Positions 9,292 through 18,826 are shown, counted from the stretch's first letter. The stretch: 64,000 nt of DNA from Candidatus Moraniibacteriota bacterium (GCA_013334575.1 JAAXXG010000005.1:3080-67079); one strand, 5' to 3'. Notes: a model not told the origin generated them from the letters alone. Translations and numbers: made by a program.

Positions 9292-10815
9292 TTACTCGCT
9301 CCGGAACCGGTACTGCAGCGCCTCGGCGACATGTGCCGGCGTGATGTCATCCATATCGGCAAGATCGGCGATAGTCCGTGCGACCTTGAGGATACGATGG
9401 TAGCTCCGCGCGGAAAGCCGCAGTTCCGAGACCGCGCGGCGGAGCAGTTCCCTGGACGGATCATCGAGCACGCAGTGCGTCCGGATAAGCTCCGGGCCCA
9501 TCTCGCTGTTCGTCAGCACCCCGGAATCACGGAGGCGGACGATCTGCCGCGCCCGCGCCGACTCCACCCGCCCGCGTATCTCGGCGCTCGATTCACCTTT
9601 CGGGCCATCCTCGAGCTTCTCGATCTTCTGCCGCGGAACGGAGACCTGCAGGTCTATCCGATCCAGGATCGGGCCGGAAATCTTCTCCTTATACCGGTTC
9701 ACCTGAAACGGCGAACACGAACACATGCGCTCCGGATCGCCGGCATAGCCGCACGGGCAGGGATTCATGGCGGCGACCAGGGTGAAACGTGCCGGAAACC
9801 GACTCGTGCCCCTGATCCTGGACACCGAGACATGTCCGTCTTCGAGCGGCTGGCGCAAGTTCTCCAACACGGCCTTCGGAAACTCCGCGAACTCATCCAG
9901 AAAAAGGACGCCGCGATGCGCAAGGCTCACCTCACCGGGCTTCGGAACGCTTCCACCGCCGACAAGCGAGATCGCCGAAGCGCTATGATGCGGTGAACGG
10001 AACGGCCGGCGGTCGACAAGCGCCTTCCCGCCTCCGAGTTTTCCGGCCACGGAGAAGATCTTGGTCACTTCGAGACTCTCCGAAAGGGAGAGGGCCGGCA
10101 TGATAGTCGGAAGCGCACGGGCCAGCAGAGTCTTTCCCGAACCGGGCGGCCCCACGAGTATCGCGTTATGTCCGCCGGCTGCGGCGATCTCGAGCGCGCG
10201 CTTGGCATGTTCCTGCCCCCGCACTTCGGACATGTCCATCCCCTCGTTTTTATCCTCCCGTCTTTCGCTTTCGTCCTTTACGAAGGGCTCGATCCGCTCC
10301 CGACCCAGAAGATGGGAAACGAGCGAGAACAGATTCCGAACGGGATAGACCGTAAGGTCCGGGATAAGCGAGGCTTCCTCGACGTTCTCCGTCGGGACAT
10401 AGAGTTCAGCAAAACCGGCATCGCGGGCGAACACTGCCGCCGAAATGACGCCGTTTACGCGCCGCACCGCCCCGTCGAGCGCGAGCTCGCCGAGAAACAG
10501 TTTTCCTTTCGGATCGAACTCGAGCTGACCGGTCGCCCGGAGGTATCCGAGTGCGATCGGCAAATCATACACCGGCCCCTGCTTCGGCAGGTCCGCCGGC
10601 GCAAGGTTCACCGTGATCCGGCCGTTCTGATGCGGAGGCTTGAAACCGCTGTTCTTTATCGCGGAACTCACGCGGTCGCGTGATTCCTTGACGGAGGCGT
10701 CCGGAAGTCCGACCAGGGTGAAGGCGTGTAATCCCTGCGACAGCACGTCGACTTCGGCTTCCACCGCCACCCCGTCGAGTCCCACCGTCGCGACCGAATA
10801 GATCCGTGCTGGCAT
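9292..10815 (-). CDS. comM: YifB/ComM Mg-chelatase-like AAA+ ATPase
   Basis: ITVNLAPADLPK, GPPGSGKT, RPFRSPHH, LAHRGVLFLDE, NPCPCG motifs. Confidence 0.95.
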   Translation of the reverse strand: MPARIYSVATVGLDGVAVEAEVDVLSQGLHAFTLVGLPDASVKESRDRVSSAIKNSGFKPPHQNGRITVNLAPADLPKQGPVYDLPIALGYLRATGQLEFDPKGKLFLGELALDGAVRRVNGVISAAVFARDAGFAELYVPTENVEEASLIPDLTVYPVRNLFSLVSHLLGRERIEPFVKDESERREDKNEGMDMSEVRGQEHAKRALEIAAAGGHNAILVGPPGSGKTLLARALPTIMPALSLSESLEVTKIFSVAGKLGGGKALVDRRPFRSPHHSASAISLVGGGSVPKPGEVSLAHRGVLFLDEFAEFPKAVLENLRQPLEDGHVSVSRIRGTSRFPARFTLVAAMNPCPCGYAGDPERMCSCSPFQVNRYKEKISGPILDRIDLQVSVPRQKIEKLEDGPKGESSAEIRGRVESARARQIVRLRDSGVLTNSEMGPELIRTHCVLDDPSRELLRRAVSELRLSARSYHRILKVARTIADLADMDDITPAHVAEALQYRFRSE

Positions 10816-10848
10816 AGTTGCTCTTTATTCTCACTATATCATACGGTG

Positions 10849-11223
10849 TCACCCGTCCGATCGTTCGGACAGATATGCGAACACGAACCATACGGCACCC
10901 ACGGTAAGCCAGACATCGGCGAGATTGAAAGCCGGAAACCAGGAGACGACCGAGAAATCCCGGACACATCCCCACAGGATACGATCGACGAGATTTCCGA
11001 TTCCTCCGGCAAGAATGAATATGAGAGGCAGCCTTCCGTACCGCATATCTCCCCGAAACGATACGACCGCAAGACCTCCGAGCACGATCGCCGAGACGGC
11101 CGCGTACGTCGACGAGTCACCGGAAACGCCCAACGGCCCGAACGGATTGCACGACGAACCCGGGTGCCCCATGAAGACCGCCTTTATGGACAGATCCGAA
11201 AACAAAAGGGCCGCGAACGCCAT
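10849..11223 (-). CDS. lspA: Lipoprotein signal peptidase II (start uncertain)
   Basis: AGGIGNLVDRI...VRDF...FPAFNLADV catalytic Asp motifs. Confidence 0.85.
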   Translation of the reverse strand: MAFAALLFSDLSIKAVFMGHPGSSCNPFGPLGVSGDSSTYAAVSAIVLGGLAVVSFRGDMRYGRLPLIFILAGGIGNLVDRILWGCVRDFSVVSWFPAFNLADVWLTVGAVWFVFAYLSERSDG

Positions 11224-11275
11224 CGCGTCACGACCCTTTTCCGTCGATGGGACATGGTACCTCACCTTCATCACG

Positions 11276-11629
11276 CTAAGCCTTCGCGCAGGATATGCAC
11301 TCCTTTGCGGCCGGATACGCTCGGAGACGACCCTCCTCGATTTCCTGACCGCATTCGGCACAGATACCATAGGTCCCGGCCTCGATTCGTCCAAGCGCTT
11401 CCTTCACCTCGTTAAGCTGACTTTCCAGATTCTCCTCGAGCGCCACGTTATCGGAGTACTGTTCGACCTCGGTCGCGTTATCATCCCGGTCCGTGCCGAT
11501 ATCCTCGTATCGAGCCTCGTACTCGCCGTCTTTCTTGTCCGCAAACAAGCCGAGTTCGGATTCGAGCCGACTCTTCGAGGCGAGCAATGCCGCCTTCATC
11601 TCCTCGCGGAACGCTTCGGTCATGGTCAT
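11276..11629 (-). CDS. TraR/DksA C4 zinc-finger protein
   Basis: Coiled coil with DRDDNA (DxxDxA), GTYGICAECG...RLRAYPAAKECISC. Confidence 0.92.
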   Translation of the reverse strand: MTMTEAFREEMKAALLASKSRLESELGLFADKKDGEYEARYEDIGTDRDDNATEVEQYSDNVALEENLESQLNEVKEALGRIEAGTYGICAECGQEIEEGRLRAYPAAKECISCAKA

Positions 11630-11714
11630 ATCGTTGCAATTTCCGGTTACGAGGTCATTGTACGCCCCAAAATCCCCGAAGTAAAGCCACATGAAAACAC
11701 CGGGGCCGGAGCGA

Positions 11715-12113
11715 TCAGATGAATATCCCTTCGAAATGTCTGATATTCGGATCCTTCTCCCCGACCCGAAAGACGATCAGAACGGCATCGAAACGGTATG
11801 ATACATCCCGCTTCCCTCGTTCCCGGAGATACTCCTCGGCGACCCTGGCCAATTTCCTAAGTTTCGAAGGCGTAATCGCCTCCTCGGGAAAGACCTCTTC
11901 CACCGAGGCATCGGCAATACGAGCCTTCACTTCCACGAAGACGATTCCCCTATCGTCCGAAGCGACGATATCGACTTCGCCCACCGCTTTCCCCCGCCCG
12001 TTACGATAGTTCCGTTCCAGTATACGGTACCCCTTTGAACGCAGATATCGGGCGGCCGCATCCTCGCCGCGCCTACCGGTCTCGTCCCGAAGGTGGAATC
12101 TCCGCGTCATCAT
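11715..12113 (-). CDS. yraN: YraN family (UPF0102) nuclease-like protein
   Basis: GRRGEDAAARYLRSKGYRILERNY, GEVDIVA, FVEVKAR, RFDAV. Confidence 0.95.
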   Translation of the reverse strand: MMTRRFHLRDETGRRGEDAAARYLRSKGYRILERNYRNGRGKAVGEVDIVASDDRGIVFVEVKARIADASVEEVFPEEAITPSKLRKLARVAEEYLRERGKRDVSYRFDAVLIVFRVGEKDPNIRHFEGIFI

Positions 12114-12149
12114 ATTGGCATGATATCCCGTTCAGGCATTCCAGCCAAC

Positions 12150-12171
12150 AAAAAAACGCCCTCTCAGGCAT
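12150..12171 (-). terminator. Intrinsic terminator ending the candidate large RNA
   Basis: Minus strand ATGCCT-GAGA-GGGCGT (GNRA loop, G-U pairs) followed by a T-tract. Confidence 0.7.
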
Positions 12172-12747
12172 CCGCTTACCGCACCCGCCGCTTCCGTCTC
12201 CGCCCGACAGCCCTCCGTATGGATATTGTTGGGTTGTCGGGCGCCAGGCCCGTAGTCCAAATAAATAAATATATGACTGGAGCACCGACGCCCGACCGCA
12301 TGTCCCAACACGCGATCCTGCGATATAACCCTTCGGGTGATGAGGGTATCTATCGTCAATAAAGACCTCGTGTAGTTTGTGGATATGCTTTTCCCTTTTG
12401 CCGTCTTGTCTGACTTTTCGACAGCTTTTTTCTTTCACCGTTCTCTGGCGCTTGGCCTTTGGAGTAAAAAGAACGGATTTTCCCTTTTTGTTTTTGTATA
12501 AACGCGCCGAGTATTTATTGTTTCGGCGTTGTTTATGTTTGTTTTGGGTCCCCGTGTCAGATCCGGGGCGACGGAAGAGGGATCTCGTACTCGCGGAACG
12601 GAACGTGAGCGGTCCGCGTGCCGATCCGCGAGTACAAGGAACTTCCATACTTGAACAGTGAAAGAGGTCTCAGCCACAAACAGGGGGAGTATCGTGGCTG
12701 AAACTTCTTTCCCCGTTCACTCGTTCTCGGGTTTTCAACGTACTTAC
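12150..12747 (-). ncRNA. Candidate large (~600 nt) structured non-coding RNA of unknown family
   Basis: No credible ORF; sigma70 promoter upstream and terminator downstream; at least 8 stem-loops separated by A-rich linkers. Confidence 0.65.
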
Positions 12748-12753
12748 AGGTCC

Positions 12754-12782
12754 ATTATAGCATGCGAAACGACGAGGGTCAA
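12754..12782 (-). promoter_or_regulatory. sigma70-type promoter TTGACC-N17-TATAAT
   Basis: Reverse complement of 12754-12782 reads TTGACC CTCGTCGTTTCGCATGC TATAAT. Confidence 0.8.
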
Positions 12783-12916
12783 TCGTAACATGCATTCCAC
12801 TCAGCATTCATCGGGAATTTCGGACACTCGCACGATCATGAACGGAAGTCTGCCGGTTCATGTCCGAAAAAGAAGTCGCCCACTTTCTTTTCGTTCCCCG
12901 TTCAAGCCGTTTTCCG

Positions 12917-13987
12917 TCACTTCTGTATCGCACGACCGAGCACGGCGCGGAACGAATCCTTGCTCGTTCCGACGACAAGACGATCGCCGAGAAGCATGTA
13001 GTCGAACGAAAGATCCGAATCGGACGAGATGATAGCGAAGCGGGTCTTCGACGCGCCGAAAGATCCGTCGCGAAACGCCGCCTGCGACGGAACGTTCGTA
13101 TCTGCCGTATACAGGACCGGAGCGAATGCCGACGGCATAGCCGATTCGGTCTCCGGCGCCTCGGAAAGAAGGATGTTCCGCATCGCCTCCTTATCCTTTA
13201 CGGAAAGAGCCAATGCGCGACGGACACCGCCGGCCTCCGGAATCATATAGACGGAAAACGATTCATCCAGATCGGACAGCACGGTCTCCGGCACCTTAAG
13301 GCCGAGCAGATAGGCGAATCGCGAGAACGCGATAGGGTTGTTATCCGTATCGCGGACGAGGAATTCCACGGGAACGAGCGGAGACATGGAAGAAACTCCC
13401 GTGGCCGCCTTGTCCAATACCGACAGTATCGCCTCACGTGACGACGACTCCGTGTCGATATTGAGGTAGTTCGGCTTTGATGCGGAGTATGTTCCGGCAT
13501 CTTCGACCCCGAGGTCTCCCGACCGAGTCGGAGAAACGGCCTGCTCCGCTACATTTCCCGCTTCCCGGACGTCGGCATTCCGATTCGTCATATACGCGAA
13601 TGCCGCCACACCGAGCACCGCCAGGGCGACCAGGGCCCCGATCAGTCGCAGGTTCTCACGCTTCGGAACGAACATCGAAAGAGAGGAAAGAAATGCGAGA
13701 GGATTCGTCTTCTCGCCGCCTTTTGACCGATTTCCGGAAACGGATGCCGGCGCAACGGCTCCATCCGCCGAAGCATCCGCGCCAAGAAACGGATTCCCGG
13801 CAAGAGCCGAACCGCCGCGTGCCGCGCTCACATCGTCATGATCCGACTCCTTCGAGGTCTTCCCCTTGCCGGAAAGCTCGTCGAGATCATCCTGCATCAC
13901 GCGAACATGACGAAGATCCTCGACCGGAACCGCATTCGGATCATCCTGATGGCTGTGCTTATCGAAAATCTCCTTAAGATCGCTCAT
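12917..13987 (-). CDS. Hypothetical single-pass membrane protein
   Basis: 356 aa; disordered acidic N-terminus, one TM (LIGALVALAVLGVAAFAYM), extracytoplasmic domain. Confidence 0.75.
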   Translation of the reverse strand: MSDLKEIFDKHSHQDDPNAVPVEDLRHVRVMQDDLDELSGKGKTSKESDHDDVSAARGGSALAGNPFLGADASADGAVAPASVSGNRSKGGEKTNPLAFLSSLSMFVPKRENLRLIGALVALAVLGVAAFAYMTNRNADVREAGNVAEQAVSPTRSGDLGVEDAGTYSASKPNYLNIDTESSSREAILSVLDKAATGVSSMSPLVPVEFLVRDTDNNPIAFSRFAYLLGLKVPETVLSDLDESFSVYMIPEAGGVRRALALSVKDKEAMRNILLSEAPETESAMPSAFAPVLYTADTNVPSQAAFRDGSFGASKTRFAIISSDSDLSFDYMLLGDRLVVGTSKDSFRAVLGRAIQK

Positions 13988-14088
13988 AGGGCCATGCTTG
14001 ACGGTAACGGCTCCAGTATATCACCGTCGCAAGCGGAAAAAAAGCGGCGCCCGGCGCGCCGCTTCCTTTTCTCCTCCGAGAGAGGCCG

Positions 14089-16224
14089 CTATTCCTGCGT
14101 CCCTTCGGTCTCTTCGCGCTTGAGCGCCATCCGACGGGAGAGGTTGATGCGACCCTGAGCGTCGATCTCCTTGACGACGACCGGAACGACATCACCCACC
14201 TTCACGATGTCTTCCACCTTCTCGACGCGGTAATCCGCGAGTTCCGAGATATGGATAAGCCCTTCCTGGTTCGGCAGGACCTCGGCGAAGGCGCCGAAGT
14301 TCATCAGCCGGGTAATACGGCCCTGGAACAGCTCTCCGGCCTTCACCTCGCGGGTCAGGTTGCGGATCCATTCCGTGGCCTCCTTGGCGCTCGTTTCGTC
14401 GGTCGAGGTGATGAAGACCGAGCCATCATCCTCGATGTCGATCGATACCCCCGTCTCGTCGATGATCCGGTTGATCATCTTGCCGCCGGGCCCGATGACA
14501 TCGCGGATCTTGTCCGGGTTGATACGCAGCGTGATAATGCGCGGCGCGTACGGAGACATCTCCTTGCGCGGCTCAGGAAGCGCCTCGAGCATCTTCCCGA
14601 GAATGAAGAGCCGGCTTTCCTTGGCCTGCGTAAGCGCCTCGGCAAGGCGCTCAGGCGTCAATCCGTCGATCTTCACGTCCATCTGCATCGCGGTGATACC
14701 GTCAGCCGTCCCGGCAACCTTGAAGTCCATGTCGCCGAAGTGATCCTCGAGACCCTGGATGTCCGAGAGTACGCGGTATTCCCCATCGCCCTCGATGATA
14801 CCCATCGCGATGCCCGCGACCGGCTTCCGGATCGGAACGCCCGCGTCCATGAGTGAGAGCGTGGAGCCGCAGGTCGAAGCCATCGACGAGGAGCCGTTGG
14901 ATTCGAGCACCTCGGAAACGAGGAGGATGGTGTACGGGAACTCCTCCTGCGGCGGAAGCACTGGCAGGAGCGCCTTTTCGGCGAGCGCCCCATGTCCGAT
15001 TTCGCGCCGTCCGGGGCCGCGCATCGGCCGGACCTCTCCCACGGAATACGGCGGGAAGTTGTAGAAGTGCATGTAGCGCTTCTTCATATCCACTTCCATG
15101 GTATCGACGATCATCTGGTCGCCGGGAGCGCCCAAGGTCGTCACGGTCAGTGCCTGCGTTTCGCCGCGGGTGAAGAGTCCCGTCCCGTGCGTTCGCGGAA
15201 GCACGCCGACATGCGCCGAGATCGGACGGATCTCGTCCATCTTGCGTCCGTCCGGACGGCGTCCCTCGCGGAGGACCTTCTCGTGCAAGATCTCATCGGA
15301 AAGTTCGTCCATCACCAGATGCGAGATCTCGCCGAGCGAGCCCGCCTCGGCCGGATACTTTTCGGCGACATACGCCTTCATCTTCTCCTCGATCGCCCCG
15401 AGCGCCGCATACTTCTCCTCCTTCTTCTTGTCGGAGAACAGCGCATCGGCGAGTCCCTCGTTCCGAAGGAACGCCTTCAAGTCCTCATCGAAACCCTCCG
15501 GCCCCGAAAGCACGATCGCCTTCGCCTTCGGCCTGCCGATCTCGGCACGGATATCCTCGATGAACCGCGCGATCTTCTGGACGTTCTCGAATCCGAACCG
15601 GAACGCCGCGGCCATGTCGGCTTCCGGAAGTTCGTTCGAACCGGCCTCGATCATGTTGATCTTGTCCTTCGTGCCGGAGAGGACGAGATCGAGTGTGTTT
15701 CCGCCGTTTTCCCGTTCCTCCGTCGAGGGGTTGAGCACGAATTCCCCGTTGATCCGCCCGACGCGGACAGCCGCGACCGGCCCGTTCCACGGGATGTCGG
15801 AAATAGCAAGTGCCGCCGACGCTGCGATGATCGCGACGATGTCCGGATCGTTCTCTCCGTCGATCGAAAGCACGGTCGCGACGACCTGTACCTCGCTGCG
15901 CATCCGCCCATCGAACAGCGGGCGTATCGTGCGATCGACCGCGCGACCCGAGAGGATCGCGTCGTCCGACGGCCGACCCTCACGCTTGATAAAGCGGGAT
16001 CCCTTTATCTTTCCAGCCGCGTAATACCGCTCCTCGTAATCGACCATGAGCGGGAAATACCCGCGAGACTGCCCTGCGCTCTTGGACATGACCGCCGTCG
16101 CGAGGACGACCGTCTCGCCGTAGCGAACCGTCACCGCCCCGTTCGCCTGCTTCGCGAGCAGACCGGTCGAGATGCGGAGCTCCCGGCCGCCCAACTGGAG
16201 CGACCAGCTCTTCAGTTCCTGCAT
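14089..16224 (-). CDS. pnp: Polyribonucleotide nucleotidyltransferase (PNPase)
   Basis: FIKREGRPS, RRPDGR, FTRGETQ, RREIGHG, SNGSSSMAS, GDMDFKVAGT, KH and S1 domains. Confidence 0.98.
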   Translation of the reverse strand: MQELKSWSLQLGGRELRISTGLLAKQANGAVTVRYGETVVLATAVMSKSAGQSRGYFPLMVDYEERYYAAGKIKGSRFIKREGRPSDDAILSGRAVDRTIRPLFDGRMRSEVQVVATVLSIDGENDPDIVAIIAASAALAISDIPWNGPVAAVRVGRINGEFVLNPSTEERENGGNTLDLVLSGTKDKINMIEAGSNELPEADMAAAFRFGFENVQKIARFIEDIRAEIGRPKAKAIVLSGPEGFDEDLKAFLRNEGLADALFSDKKKEEKYAALGAIEEKMKAYVAEKYPAEAGSLGEISHLVMDELSDEILHEKVLREGRRPDGRKMDEIRPISAHVGVLPRTHGTGLFTRGETQALTVTTLGAPGDQMIVDTMEVDMKKRYMHFYNFPPYSVGEVRPMRGPGRREIGHGALAEKALLPVLPPQEEFPYTILLVSEVLESNGSSSMASTCGSTLSLMDAGVPIRKPVAGIAMGIIEGDGEYRVLSDIQGLEDHFGDMDFKVAGTADGITAMQMDVKIDGLTPERLAEALTQAKESRLFILGKMLEALPEPRKEMSPYAPRIITLRINPDKIRDVIGPGGKMINRIIDETGVSIDIEDDGSVFITSTDETSAKEATEWIRNLTREVKAGELFQGRITRLMNFGAFAEVLPNQEGLIHISELADYRVEKVEDIVKVGDVVPVVVKEIDAQGRINLSRRMALKREETEGTQE

Positions 16225-16427
16225 AGCCGTCGTCCCGGCTCGGAACGACGAAGACCCGAAACGCAAAAAGGAGAGAAGAAAGGCTTTTCCTGCCTCTTTT
16301 TTGAGTTTGAGCCGCCGCGATCCGCCCGAGAATATGAATGATTACCTTCACCGCCACTCTAGGGGGAAGCGGAATGAAAGTCAATGAAGGCGCCCCGCGT
16401 GGGACGCCTTCGTGAAAATCAATCCCC

Positions 16428-16934
16428 TTATCTCCCTCCGAGCAGGAACTTCCTCCGGTCCGAGGAGAGATTCAGGAATTCGTCGGCGATCTCGACGAGC
16501 TTCCCGCTCGCGGATTCCGAGAACCCGACCACCTCGACCCGGCACCCGAAGGTACTCTGGAGGTATTCGACGAGCGGAATGTAGTCCCCGTCACCCGAAG
16601 CGAGAATGATCACATCGAGCTTGGGCGCCATCTTTACCGCATCCACCGTGATACCGACGTCCCAGTCCCCTTTCTTGGACCCGTCCGGAAAGATCTGCAG
16701 GTCCTTCGTCTTTACGTCGTACCCGTAGGTACCGATCGTCTCGAAGAACTTCTCTTCGGTCGCCTCGGCCGTCGAGATGCCGTAGGCGATGGCGCGGATA
16801 AGCTTTCGTCCCGCGACCGTCTCCGTAAGGACGTTCTTGAAATTGACCTTCTTCTTATAGACCACCTTCGCGCTGTGATAGAGGTTCGAGACGTCCACGA
16901 ACACTCCGACGCGCTGTTCTGCCAGTTTTGCCAT
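16428..16934 (-). CDS. NYN domain (LabA/DUF88) protein
   Basis: VFVDVSNLY, KKGDWDVGITVD, SGDGDYIPLV. Confidence 0.92.
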   Translation of the reverse strand: MAKLAEQRVGVFVDVSNLYHSAKVVYKKKVNFKNVLTETVAGRKLIRAIAYGISTAEATEEKFFETIGTYGYDVKTKDLQIFPDGSKKGDWDVGITVDAVKMAPKLDVIILASGDGDYIPLVEYLQSTFGCRVEVVGFSESASGKLVEIADEFLNLSSDRRKFLLGGR

Positions 16935-16958
16935 ACATGTATGAATAAGACCTTATCA

Positions 16959-17060
16959 ACATCATCCCGAGCGAAGTCGGGGGATCCGTGCGATAAGTAT
17001 AACAGATTCCTCCACTCGAAGACTCCCCCTGCATTCGCCGGGCTCCGGGTCGGAATGACA
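16959..17060. repeat. Palindromic REP/MITE-like intergenic element
   Basis: CATCATCCCGAGCGAAGTCGGGGGATCC ... GATTCCTCCACT ... GGTCGGAATGACA; ends are imperfectly complementary. Confidence 0.5.
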
Positions 17061-17138
17061 ATCACTACTGAAAAGATTTCCCCGAAAACCTCCGGGTTCG
17101 CCGGAAACAAAGCGCCGCCCATACGGGCGGCCTCCGCG

Positions 17139-17402
17139 CTAGAGCGCGAGCTTCTTCCGAAGACCCTTCGCCGCCTTCTCGTCCGTCTTCTCGAGATAGG
17201 CGAGGAGCTTCTTGCGCTTGGCGACCATCTTGAGGAGGCCGCGGCGGGAATGGAAGTCCTGCTTGTTCTTCTTGAGATGGGCCGTAAGCCGCTTGATCTT
17301 CTCCGTGAACATCGCGATCTGGTACTCCGGCGAGCCGGTGTCCTTGTCGTGCCGGACGACTTCCTTGGTCACCCGGACTTTCTGCGCATGCGTGAGCGCC
17401 AT
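17139..17402 (-). CDS. rpsO: 30S ribosomal protein S15
   Basis: [10 protein letters not shown]...[29 protein letters not shown]. Confidence 0.98.
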   Translation of the reverse strand: MALTHAQKVRVTKEVVRHDKDTGSPEYQIAMFTEKIKRLTAHLKKNKQDFHSRRGLLKMVAKRKKLLAYLEKTDEKAAKGLRKKLAL

Positions 17403-17578
17403 ACCGTTACGTAAGCCATACCGCCGTGCCGTGACGACTGTCACGCGATCCCGAAGGACCTCCACCCGCACCGCTGTACGCTTCACCCTATGAAATTAAC
17501 CTCCACACGATAACACGAGTACGAAATGTTGGCAAGTTATTGCAAAAAAACCATAAGTAATCTTGGCAAGACTACTGA

Positions 17579-17902
17579 TTAGTCAGTCATTTCGATTGTC
17601 TTTTCAGATTTTGTTTCATGAACCTTCTTCCAAAAATATACCATAAAACCGACTAAAACTACTGTGAACAGAGAAAAGCAAATCGCGCTAAACAACAACG
17701 CCCCCTCAGCAGGCTCCGGCAGACTCAAATAGGCCGTCCAAAAACTAACGGCTGTTGATAAGCAAATTGAAGCGAGACCAGAAAATATTTCATATGACCT
17801 CAAATCATTTCCTTGAACAAGCTCAATGCGCATGATCGAAGGCATGCCCACTTTGATGACCGGGTGGCAATTCACTGAATGTATTGCGACCTTGCTTTTC
17901 AT
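17579..17902 (-). CDS. Low-GC hypothetical protein with two TM helices
   Basis: 107 aa, two hydrophobic segments; AT-rich island. Confidence 0.7.
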   Translation of the reverse strand: MKSKVAIHSVNCHPVIKVGMPSIMRIELVQGNDLRSYEIFSGLASICLSTAVSFWTAYLSLPEPAEGALLFSAICFSLFTVVLVGFMVYFWKKVHETKSEKTIEMTD

Positions 17903-17923
17903 AGAAACCGTTTTTTCACTACA

Positions 17924-18691
17924 TTATTCAGAAGATTCCGAACAGTACTTTTCCGAGAAAACCTTGATTTCAGATCGTAAGTCCTTCAAGGCACCATCCA
18001 AAATTGCCTCATCAACGGACTCTGATTTCGGGATTACTAGTCTTACTCCGCCCTTGAAGACGAACTCGTGGTACCTTTCCATAGAGACAATCTCCTTCAC
18101 GGATTCAGAAGGGGTCTCGTTTTCAGTAGCAAAATTTCCCAGCTTCTCAGACTCGACAGGGCCTTGAATGTCTGAGTCTAACTCAGTAACCTCATCAGGA
18201 TTTATAACTATGTCATTCTTAAGTAATCCAGAATAAATCAAGGATTCTCGAAACGTCTCCGAGGCCTCCTTAGCAACACTTGGGGTTATCTTCTCTCGAA
18301 TGAAAATATTGTCTAGCATGGCAGGAAGCGCCTGATTTTGAAACCGCTCAATGAAATTCATGTAGAGCTTGGGCGTCTTTATTGCCTGAATTATGGCCAA
18401 CCGCTTCTCAGACTCATTTATCGGATTAAGAATGTGACGTGCTAGTTCGCTCTGGTTATACGCATTTCCAGTACGATCGAGTAATCCATAGTGAACTAAC
18501 GCTGCAACCTTTCTGGCAGCTGGACCTGATAGCCGGTCGTGTCCAATTCCGCGAGCAACCATATCTCTAGAATATGGTCCCTTTCCGAGCTCTCTCGAAA
18601 GCTTCCCCGAAAGTTCAATAGCCTTCTCCAGAGTCAAGGATGGGTATGCAACGCTGCGACTCCTTACTTTTGACATAATTGCTTCTTCCAT
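17924..18691 (-). CDS. Low-GC hypothetical protein, probable N-terminal winged-HTH
   Basis: YPSLTLEKAIEL...SRDMVARGIG...AARKVAALVHYGLLDRTGNAY resembles a wHTH; 255 aa. Confidence 0.75.
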   Translation of the reverse strand: MEEAIMSKVRSRSVAYPSLTLEKAIELSGKLSRELGKGPYSRDMVARGIGHDRLSGPAARKVAALVHYGLLDRTGNAYNQSELARHILNPINESEKRLAIIQAIKTPKLYMNFIERFQNQALPAMLDNIFIREKITPSVAKEASETFRESLIYSGLLKNDIVINPDEVTELDSDIQGPVESEKLGNFATENETPSESVKEIVSMERYHEFVFKGGVRLVIPKSESVDEAILDGALKDLRSEIKVFSEKYCSESSE

Positions 18692-18714
18692 AGTACTTTT
18701 ACAATTAGCTTAAC

Positions 18715-18752
18715 ACCTACCTAATGGTAGGTTTTATCGCGTGCCTTGTCAA
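18715..18752 (-). promoter_or_regulatory. Promoter TTGACA-N17-TACCAT overlapped by palindromic operator ACCTACC-N4-GGTAGGT
   Basis: -35 at 18747-18752, -10 at 18724-18729, palindrome at 18715-18732. Confidence 0.65.
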
Positions 18753-18826
18753 GCTTGCCTTTAATAAGCCATATATTAATTAAAATAATAGTTATATACT
18801 CTGCTTCTGTAAGTTACGGATAATTG

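Noticed and set aside
12073-12677. ORFs of 75-191 aa overlapping the 12.1-12.7 kb gap
   Set aside because: Low-complexity K/N-rich translations, atypical codon use and no motifs; better explained as a structured RNA.
12150-12747. RNase P RNA, tmRNA or self-splicing intron identity for the candidate RNA
   Set aside because: No GAGGAAAGUCC or terminal CGGCUUA, no tRNA-like ends, not interrupting a gene, and no recognisable intron core by eye.
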